A DNA stretch of 64,000 nt, from NCBI GenBank assembly GCA_030747505.1, contig JASLKQ010000001.1, positions 30,571-94,570 on the forward strand, in the 5' to 3' direction. Positions 1 through 7,175 of the stretch are shown piece by piece. The stretch is from Verrucomicrobiota bacterium. Its GTDB lineage: Bacteria > Verrucomicrobiota > Verrucomicrobiia > Limisphaerales > UBA1100. The notes below the pieces were generated by a model that saw nothing but the letters and a program-made list of their open reading frames with translations, was not told the DNA's origin and did not search any database. Within the stretch, counting starts at the first letter, position 1. Each line of letters opens with the position of its first letter. The translations under genes and the position numbers were made by a program.

Positions 1-661
1 GCTTATATTTTGTGCGGCAGTGATCCTGCCCATGATGCTGCTTTTTTTAATGGTGGGAGTCTTGCTTTGGGCGCATTACCAGCAGACGCCGATCCCCATT
101 GAGATACCTGAGAATTCATTGGGTAAAAAACAAACTGATTATGTCTTTCCCATCTTCATGCTGGCAGAGGCGCCGGTGGGAGTGAAGGGGCTGTTACTGG
201 TTGGAATATTTGCCGCGGCCATGTCTTCAGTGAGTTCAGCCTTGAGTGCACTTTCTTCAGTCACGGTTATGGATCTGGGTTTGGCAAAAAAGGAGGCGAG
301 TGATGAAGACAAACTGAAAACCGGTCGTGGGTGGACGCTCTTCTGGGGGTTGGTCCTGGTTGGTGTTGCCTTTGCCAGCCGCGAGGTGAAGTCGGTGATG
401 GATGCGGCCTTTAGCTTGGTGGGGTTGGCCAGTGGGGGATTATTGGGTGGAGTATTGTTGGCACTCACACTCAAGCAAGGCCGGGGAGTGCCAGTCATGA
501 TCGGGATGGGGGTTTCCCTGCTCAGCATGATCGGCATTAAGTATGGGCTGAAGGAGGCCATCCACTGGCCGTGGTACACTGCCATTGGATGCGGGATTAC
601 ACTTTTGGTGACGATGTTGGTCACTGCCGTATGCGAGGCAAGAGAGGAATCAAACACTTAA
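1..661 (+). CDS. sodium:solute symporter (SSF) family transporter, C-terminal part; the 5' end lies upstream of the window
   Basis: The frame is open from nt 2 to the stop at 659-661, so track ORF 20..661 is only the first in-window start. The product is very hydrophobic with several TM segments. 'LLLVGIFAAAMSSVSSALSALSS' resembles the conserved SSF segment AAxMS(T/S)xSS. Confidence 0.6.
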   Translation, partial: LIFCAAVILPMMLLFLMVGVLLWAHYQQTPIPIEIPENSLGKKQTDYVFPIFMLAEAPVGVKGLLLVGIFAAAMSSVSSALSALSSVTVMDLGLAKKEASDEDKLKTGRGWTLFWGLVLVGVAFASREVKSVMDAAFSLVGLASGGLLGGVLLALTLKQGRGVPVMIGMGVSLLSMIGIKYGLKEAIHWPWYTAIGCGITLLVTMLVTAVCEAREESNT

Positions 662-1537
662 ATGCCCCAAGGCAAGTAACCCGTAAAAAGTGTATTCACA
701 ATCAAGGTAATCATCGGTCCAGTTGCCATGGAAACCGCCCTCGGCATCCCACAGGGTATCAACAAAATCAAGGCAGCGTTCGGTTTCTTCTTCAGTAAGG
801 CGAACTTCCAATGCAGCCAATGCGTGGAGAGTGGTGGCTGTCGTCAGTAAATCCGGCATGGGCGCCCCGGGCACAGCCATAAATCCACCTTGAGGATGCA
901 ATTGATTCTTAAGCCAGCTACCGACTTCATCATTTATTGGGAGATGGAGATTATTAAGCAGGACCACTGCACCGGCTGTCGGATTGGCTGAGCCAGTCGG
1001 CAGATTGGGGTGATTATTCCAGGCGTGATCGGGTGTCTCGAGATGTTTTAGGCTTTGTAGAATGCGTAGTGGCTTGGGCGGGAGTTTGCCCAAATCTTGA
1101 TAAGCACCCAAGGCAAGGAAGGAGCCATAGGCGGTACCATGTTCGCGCTTGGGATTATTATCCCATCCTCCGCAGGACTTGCGGAACGCTTCGAGCCGGG
1201 TTAGTAACGCCTTGCGCAGCCCCTTGGGCATCCGGTCTTTGCCAAGTGTGCCCCAGCAACGGCAAAGGCAGCTTAAGTGGACCAGATCCAGTCCTTCGCC
1301 TTCCTTATATTTCAGCAGGAATGACTCCACCGCCGTCAGGTCCGGCTCGGCATGAAACACCGCCAGGGCGTCCATGCCGAATACGGTATAGTAGAGATCA
1401 CTTTGGCCGTCCCGATCCTGAAAGCCGCCATCGGGATTCTGTTGGGAAAGTAGAAAGTTACGGACCAGATCCGCTGATTCCCCCAGAACCTTGGGGGCTA
1501 CCCTCCCCACCTGCAGCATTTCCAGCCGGAGGCTCAT
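650..1537 (-). CDS. prenyltransferase/squalene-oxidase (PFTB-type) repeat protein, alpha/alpha-toroid fold
   Basis: 295-aa ORF with 4-5 repeats of the GGF/GGW...D..Y(T/S)...AL type: 'DGGFQDRDGQSDLYYTVFGMDALA', 'CGGWDNN..GTAYGSFLALGA', 'QGGFMAVPG..DLLTTATTLHALAAL', 'EGGFHGNWTDDYLDCEYTFYGLLALG'. It starts 9 nt downstream of the polyprenyl synthase gene on the same strand. Confidence 0.6.
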   Translation of the reverse strand: MSLRLEMLQVGRVAPKVLGESADLVRNFLLSQQNPDGGFQDRDGQSDLYYTVFGMDALAVFHAEPDLTAVESFLLKYKEGEGLDLVHLSCLCRCWGTLGKDRMPKGLRKALLTRLEAFRKSCGGWDNNPKREHGTAYGSFLALGAYQDLGKLPPKPLRILQSLKHLETPDHAWNNHPNLPTGSANPTAGAVVLLNNLHLPINDEVGSWLKNQLHPQGGFMAVPGAPMPDLLTTATTLHALAALEVRLTEEETERCLDFVDTLWDAEGGFHGNWTDDYLDCEYTFYGLLALGHLSV

Positions 1538-1546
1538 TCAAGGAAA

Positions 1547-3292
1547 CTAGGACCGGGCCTTTTCAGACCGTTGTTCGCGCACCTTATCCAGTTCACTAAC
1601 CTGCTGAACCTCACTGCACCAGCCCTTGACTACCGTGTCATTGAAGATCTTGCCGATCACCCGTCGCAGCAATCCCTTGAGGTTTGCGTTTTCCAGATCG
1701 GTCAACGAACGGATCGCCAGCTCCTTGTAGGTTAACTGCAGATCTTCAGCGCGTTTTACGGCTTTCAGGTTACGGTACCATGCTTCAACTTCCTTGAGTG
1801 TGACGTCCTCAGGCATTTGTCTCCGCCAAATCCGTGCCAGATGCCCTTTTCGTTCATCTTTGGCTTTCTCGTGGGCGATAGCCAATAGTAGTGTGGGGCG
1901 TAACCCGGCCAAATCATTGGTTTCGCCTTCACTGCCTAAATCAGAAAGGTCATCGCGTATCTGGTAGGCGATCCCTAGGTTTTCACTGTACTGGCCCAAA
2001 ACTTCGGACACGTCTTCATATTTCTCCAGGTTGGCATAGATGCAGCCCAGTTGCAGGGCGACCTCAAAGGCGGGAGCAGTTTTTTGACGGAAAATATCCA
2101 GCACTTCGGCCGACTTGAGCGGTTCAGGATTTCGTTTCCAGATAAGTTCGGCACCTTGTCCACGGCAGAGGTGACGTTGGCCTTCGGCTGCTACTTTGAA
2201 CATGGCCGCGCGTTGGTCGGCCGAGACAGATGTTTCAGCAATTAATCTATAGCCTTCCCCTATGAGTAAATCGCCCACGTTTAATGCGACAGCGACACCG
2301 TATTCTTCATGTAAGGTTTTTTCGCCGTAACGTTCGGTATCTTCATCCTCAATGTCATCATGAATGAGTGAGGCCTTGTGGAAACATTCAATGGCGAGAG
2401 CTACTTTCTTGAGGTCTTCGGGCACCGGTTCAGTTGCCTCATCGCGCAGGGCTTGGAAAGCGGCGGTGGTCAGGAAAGGCCGCCAGCGTTTTCCTGATCT
2501 TGCCAGCCATTGCCGGGCAATTGCCTCAGTATCCCCTTCACTTTCTCCCATCACTGCTTCGATGGATTCGGGTGTGAACCATGTTTCCACCTGCTCGTGT
2601 AATTGACTCAGATCGAGGCGCCGGGTTTTATCATCACTGGTCAGGTGGATATAATCCCAAATCCATTCCTCATCCACCGTGGTATCAATACAGTCATCCT
2701 GCAACAGGGGAATGGCTACTCCAGGGACTGCGGCTGCCTCCATGTACGGAAAGGCGCGTTCCAAAACAGGGATACAGGCTACCCCGACAATGGCATCCAC
2801 CTTACCGGTTTGAATAAGGCTCATCACGATGGCACTGCCTTCAGCAACCAGTGCCGCGTAGCCCAATTTCTCTGCTTCATACTCCAGATCTTGAATACTG
2901 CATAATCCACAGCTCTTGCAGAGCAGGCCGAATTCATCAAAGGGTGCGGGGCACTTGGACTCCACGCGCAGACACTTGGGCACCATCAGTAGGCGTCGTT
3001 CAAATGGGACTGCGGCAAGCGTTTCGCGCCAAAGTTCGTTGTTGATGAGAATTCCGATGTAGTCGCGGTAGCTTGCCTGGGTATTCAAGGCCCCCACGAG
3101 TTTGTCCGCATGTACCTTGAGATCCCCCAGGGGGACCGGCGGCACCAGAGTTTGTTCGGCAACATAATGGCGCACTTCACGCAGGATCACTTCCCGCTCC
3201 TCGCGGGTTTGCGGAATATTCTCCTTGGGTGGCCGCAGCTTTTGCTGGGGTACGACGCGGGGAATCTTTAATGGTGCGCTGGTTGTGGACAT
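1547..3292 (-). CDS. fusion protein: N-terminal Cys-rich DUF116-like domain plus C-terminal trans-polyprenyl diphosphate synthase
   Basis: 581-aa ORF. The C-terminal half carries both Asp-rich motifs, 'LIHDDIEDED' (FARM) and 'IRDDLSDL' (SARM). The N-terminal half has 'RRLLMVPKCLRVESKCPAPFDEFGLLCKSCGLCSI...VDAIVGVACIPVLERAF', which matches my recollection of DUF116. Confidence 0.75.
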   Translation of the reverse strand: MSTTSAPLKIPRVVPQQKLRPPKENIPQTREEREVILREVRHYVAEQTLVPPVPLGDLKVHADKLVGALNTQASYRDYIGILINNELWRETLAAVPFERRLLMVPKCLRVESKCPAPFDEFGLLCKSCGLCSIQDLEYEAEKLGYAALVAEGSAIVMSLIQTGKVDAIVGVACIPVLERAFPYMEAAAVPGVAIPLLQDDCIDTTVDEEWIWDYIHLTSDDKTRRLDLSQLHEQVETWFTPESIEAVMGESEGDTEAIARQWLARSGKRWRPFLTTAAFQALRDEATEPVPEDLKKVALAIECFHKASLIHDDIEDEDTERYGEKTLHEEYGVAVALNVGDLLIGEGYRLIAETSVSADQRAAMFKVAAEGQRHLCRGQGAELIWKRNPEPLKSAEVLDIFRQKTAPAFEVALQLGCIYANLEKYEDVSEVLGQYSENLGIAYQIRDDLSDLGSEGETNDLAGLRPTLLLAIAHEKAKDERKGHLARIWRRQMPEDVTLKEVEAWYRNLKAVKRAEDLQLTYKELAIRSLTDLENANLKGLLRRVIGKIFNDTVVKGWCSEVQQVSELDKVREQRSEKARS

Positions 3293-3412
3293 GCAATCAC
3301 CAGCCGACTTAGGCGGCAGTGGAGTTTGTTTGGACGTGGATACTGCTGATATTGTTCAGACGTGTCGACGCAAAAAGGGTTACTTTGAGCCTGAAATAGT
3401 GGCTTTTAGTAC

Positions 3413-4726
3413 TTAATGAACCCGCTTTGGCTGGGCTGCCTGCCACAATTTTTTACCCACTTTTTTAACAGAATGCAGGTGGACGAAGGCGCCTTTCTTG
3501 TTGCCCACCACAATATCAAGCAGGCCATCGCCATTCACATCCCCCGCAGCAACCTGGGTGCCTACACCGGAATTGTCATCAATCTGGTGCGGGATGTATT
3601 GAGCCTTGCCGTTCTTGCGGGTGAGTTCAAACCAGTAAAGTACTGCCGGGGCACCCGGTTCGGCGTCCTTTGCGGGGCCGTGGGCCCAGAAGCGTTTACC
3701 GGTGATGATATCGAGCAGGCCATCGCCATTGATATCAGCCAGGTCAATCGCGTGGAGCTGGCTGAACTTAACGCCATAGGGGTTGTCCTCGGGCTTGCTG
3801 TTGATAATGACGTGCTCATTAAATTTCACTGAGCCATCCTTTTCAGTGCCTTGATTTTCGTACCACGCCAGACCATAGCCGTGACCATCCCAGCTGGTGA
3901 TGATATCGTTTCGGCCATCGCCGTTGACATCGTAAGCGTACATTTGCGCGCCACCGCGTAGTAAGCTGAAGGGAACTTTATGAAACCGCCATGGAGCACC
4001 ACCAACCTTCTTGGGTTGCTCCCACCAGCCGTCCTTCTCGAGGATATCAGCCCGACCGTCGCCATTCACATCGCCCGCACCATAACCGTGAGTGTAGCGT
4101 TGGTATTTTCCCTTGGGTGAGATGGGCACAAATTTCCACTCCTTCGCCGGGTTGGACCAGTCGGCCTCACCGTAGCCAAGGTGGCCATTCTGGAAGGCCA
4201 ATAGCTCAGGCTTGCCATCGCCCGTGACATCTTTCAAGTCAGGTGATTCGCCGTCGGTGATCTTGAAAATGACGTGGGCCTTCCAGAGGCCCGGTTTGTT
4301 CTTCGGATTTTCGTACCAGATCGTTTCCTTGCCGGGCCACCCGAATACGAGTACGTCTTTCCATCCGTCGCTATTAAAGTCATAGGTGTAGGTAAGGAAA
4401 TTATTGGAATACCCGTTTTTGCCACTGAGCTCACCTCGATAGCCAGGTGCTTGGATCTTTTTTCCGTCCTTTGTTACTTCGAAGGAATCCTTTGGTGCAA
4501 CTTTATCGGTATAAATGGTGTGGCGTTTTTTAAAGTCCGGGCCGGCATACCAATAGGGACCGACCACCACATCGCCCTTTCCGTCATGGTTAAAATCACC
4601 AAAGTGGCCGCCTTCCGCCCAGAAGTGAGGGGTGATATGATGCTTGGTCCAAGTGTGAATCTTATATTCGGCGGCTGAAAGTGGCAGAGCCAATAATGTC
4701 AGAACGGCAAAGGTGTGCTTGAGCAT
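3413..4726 (-). CDS. secreted FG-GAP/VCBS repeat protein
   Basis: Repeated Ca-binding-like 'DVNGDGRADI', 'DVNGDGRNDIIT', 'DINGDGLLDIITG' and 'DVNGDGLLDIVVG' motifs. The start is set at the internal ATG (4726), which gives the signal peptide 'MLKHTFAVLTLLALPLSAAE'. The track start at 4789 would overlap the divergent gene. Confidence 0.7.
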   Translation of the reverse strand: MLKHTFAVLTLLALPLSAAEYKIHTWTKHHITPHFWAEGGHFGDFNHDGKGDVVVGPYWYAGPDFKKRHTIYTDKVAPKDSFEVTKDGKKIQAPGYRGELSGKNGYSNNFLTYTYDFNSDGWKDVLVFGWPGKETIWYENPKNKPGLWKAHVIFKITDGESPDLKDVTGDGKPELLAFQNGHLGYGEADWSNPAKEWKFVPISPKGKYQRYTHGYGAGDVNGDGRADILEKDGWWEQPKKVGGAPWRFHKVPFSLLRGGAQMYAYDVNGDGRNDIITSWDGHGYGLAWYENQGTEKDGSVKFNEHVIINSKPEDNPYGVKFSQLHAIDLADINGDGLLDIITGKRFWAHGPAKDAEPGAPAVLYWFELTRKNGKAQYIPHQIDDNSGVGTQVAAGDVNGDGLLDIVVGNKKGAFVHLHSVKKVGKKLWQAAQPKRVH

Positions 4727-4829
4727 GGGCAGGAGTGTGGGAGTCCAGCTCAATCGGGTCAAGTATCTCAAAAGGCGTGACGAACCCAAAAATGGGAGTA
4801 TTTTGGGCCAACTGAACGTCTACCCCATT

Positions 4830-7175
4830 ATGAAAACTAAACTGGCTTCCCTATTTCTATTACTGGCCATCTTCGCCCCGTTTTTTCAGACTCAGGCCGG
4901 CGGTTTGATCGTAGTTTCTGATGTCCGGATTCTCCCGGCACCCCGGCCGCCCATTATTGATCACCCCATCCGTCCTCCCCGCCCGTGGCCGATGCCTCGT
5001 CCGCGGGTGTACCGGTTTGCTCCGATGGAGGTGCAGGAGCAAAAGGTCAGCATCAAGGTGACTGACCAGATTGCCGAGACGACTGTTAAGCAGGTCTTTT
5101 ATAATCCCAACCGTAGCCGGCTGGAGGGCCACTTTATTTTTCCAGTGCCCAAGGGTGCGGTGCTGACGGGTTTTCGGATGGATATCAATGGCGAGATGCA
5201 AAAGGCCGAGCTCCTGCAGGCCGAGAAGGCGCGCAAGATTTATGAGGACATCGTGCGTAACGCGCAGGATCCAGCCCTGCTCGAGTATGCCGAGCATGAT
5301 CTCTACAAGGTGCGTATTTTTCCCATTGAACCCAACAGCACCAAGCGCACCCGCGTAACCTACAAACAGGTGCTCAAGAAGGATAGTGGCTTGGTTAGTT
5401 ACAAGTACCCACTCAATACGGGAAAATATTCAGCCAAACCCATCAAGACCCTGAGCGTGAAAATGGAGATAGAGTCCCAGACCCCCCTCAAGTCCATCTA
5501 TTCGCCCAGCCATGAAGTGGAAATCAAGCGCGATGAACCAAAGAAGGCGGTGATTGGTTATGAGGAGAAGAATGCTCTGCCCGAGGACAACTTTGCGATT
5601 TATTTCACCCCGCAGAAAACCGAACTGGGCCTGAACCTCTTGACCCACCGACCTGACCCGGACAAGGACGGTTACTTTCTGCTGTTGCTTTCACCCGGGA
5701 TTGACGTGAAGCAAGACAAGGTAGTGGAGAAGGACGTAGCGTTTGTGCTCGATACCTCCGGTTCGATGGCCGGCAAAAAAATTGAACAGGCCAAGAAGGC
5801 TCTGGAATTCTGCCTGCACAACCTGAATGAGGGAGACCGGTTTGAAGTGGTGCGTTTTTCCACCGAGGCCGAAACACTCTTCTCAGGCCTCAAGAAAGTC
5901 TCCAAGGCCAGTCGTGAAAAGGCCCTGAAATTTGTTGGAGGTTTAAAGCCGATTGGCGGAACGGCCATTAATGATGCCATGGCTGCGACTTTGAGGCTCC
6001 GCCCCAAGGACAGTAAACGTCCTTTTGTGGTGATCTTTTTGACTGATGGCCGCCCAACCGTTGGCATTACCGGCGAGAAACAGATAGTCCAGAACGTGAA
6101 GGATGAAGCCGGTAAAACCCGCGTCTTTTGTTTTGGTATTGGTAATGATGTAAATACCCATCTTCTGGACAAGATTACTGAATCCACCCGCGCTTTTAGC
6201 CAGTATGTCCTGCCTTCTGAGGACATTGAGGTGAAGGTTTCGCAATTCTATACCAGGATTAATGAACCGGTTTTGGCTGATCCGGATGTGGTGGTTTCCT
6301 GGGAAGCCAACCTGAAGCAGTTTTATCCTGCCCCACTACCTGATGTATTCAAGGGCGACCAGCTGGTGGTCGTGGGCCGCTATTCGGGCAAGGGTAAGGG
6401 GGACCTGTTATTGGCCGGTCAGGTTAACGGCAAGCCGGTGAAAAAGGAGTACCCGGTTGAGTTTCTTGACAAGTCTGATAAGCACGATTTTATTCCGCGG
6501 CTGTGGGCCACCCGCCGGGTGGGATACCTGCTGGATCAAATCCGGTTGCACGGTGAAAACAAGGAACTCAAGGAGGAAGTGACCACGCTGGCCAAGAAAT
6601 ACGGCATCGTAACGCCGTTTACCGCATATCTGATTCTGGAGGATGACCGGGTTAATAATGTGGCGGTCAACCGCCGCCTTTTGGGCGGGCTCGATAGAGA
6701 TGCTCGGGCAGTTCGTGCTCTTGAAGCAAACCTCGATTCCTTGAAAGAGAAATCAGGGGCCGGAGCAGTAGCTGCTGCTCGTGCCCAGCAAAGTTTAACC
6801 CAAGCCAAATCAGCTAAATTGAGCCTGCGTTACAGCAATGCCGAAGCAGCAAGGCCGGCGGCCAAGCCGGGGGCATATGCTCCGGCAGTGAACTACTTTG
6901 CTGGTGCTGGAGGGGGTCAGGTTCAGCAGAATATCCGCTTTGTGGCTGGCCGAAGCTTTTACCAGAACGGGACCTGCTGGATTGATGCCGAAGTTCAGGC
7001 GTTAAAGAAGAAGACCAAAAAGATCCGCATTAAGTTTGGGTCCAAATCCTACTTTAAACTGGTGGCCGAGAAACCTGCCGCCTTGAAGTGGATTTCATTG
7101 GGCAAACACGTCGAGTTTGCGCTAAATGGCAACCATTACGAGATTTACCAAGAAACCAAAAATGAAAATAACTAA
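4830..7175 (+). CDS. secreted VIT domain plus von Willebrand factor A (vWA) domain protein
   Basis: The start is set at ATG 4830, giving the signal peptide 'MKTKLASLFLLLAIFAPFFQTQA'. An N-terminal VIT-like region ('IKVTDQIAETTVKQVFYNPN...LEGHFIFPVP') is followed by a vWA domain with the MIDAS motif 'VAFVLDTSGSMAG' and 'VIFLTDGRPT'. Confidence 0.8.
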   Translation: MKTKLASLFLLLAIFAPFFQTQAGGLIVVSDVRILPAPRPPIIDHPIRPPRPWPMPRPRVYRFAPMEVQEQKVSIKVTDQIAETTVKQVFYNPNRSRLEGHFIFPVPKGAVLTGFRMDINGEMQKAELLQAEKARKIYEDIVRNAQDPALLEYAEHDLYKVRIFPIEPNSTKRTRVTYKQVLKKDSGLVSYKYPLNTGKYSAKPIKTLSVKMEIESQTPLKSIYSPSHEVEIKRDEPKKAVIGYEEKNALPEDNFAIYFTPQKTELGLNLLTHRPDPDKDGYFLLLLSPGIDVKQDKVVEKDVAFVLDTSGSMAGKKIEQAKKALEFCLHNLNEGDRFEVVRFSTEAETLFSGLKKVSKASREKALKFVGGLKPIGGTAINDAMAATLRLRPKDSKRPFVVIFLTDGRPTVGITGEKQIVQNVKDEAGKTRVFCFGIGNDVNTHLLDKITESTRAFSQYVLPSEDIEVKVSQFYTRINEPVLADPDVVVSWEANLKQFYPAPLPDVFKGDQLVVVGRYSGKGKGDLLLAGQVNGKPVKKEYPVEFLDKSDKHDFIPRLWATRRVGYLLDQIRLHGENKELKEEVTTLAKKYGIVTPFTAYLILEDDRVNNVAVNRRLLGGLDRDARAVRALEANLDSLKEKSGAGAVAAARAQQSLTQAKSAKLSLRYSNAEAARPAAKPGAYAPAVNYFAGAGGGQVQQNIRFVAGRSFYQNGTCWIDAEVQALKKKTKKIRIKFGSKSYFKLVAEKPAALKWISLGKHVEFALNGNHYEIYQETKNENN

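Noticed and set aside
4713-4829. N-terminal extensions of the VIT-vWA ORF (from 4713) and of the FG-GAP ORF (to 4789) would make the two divergent genes overlap by 77 nt.
   Set aside because: Internal ATGs at 4830 and 4726 each give a textbook signal peptide. They also leave a 103-bp divergent promoter region, so the extensions are unlikely to be translated.
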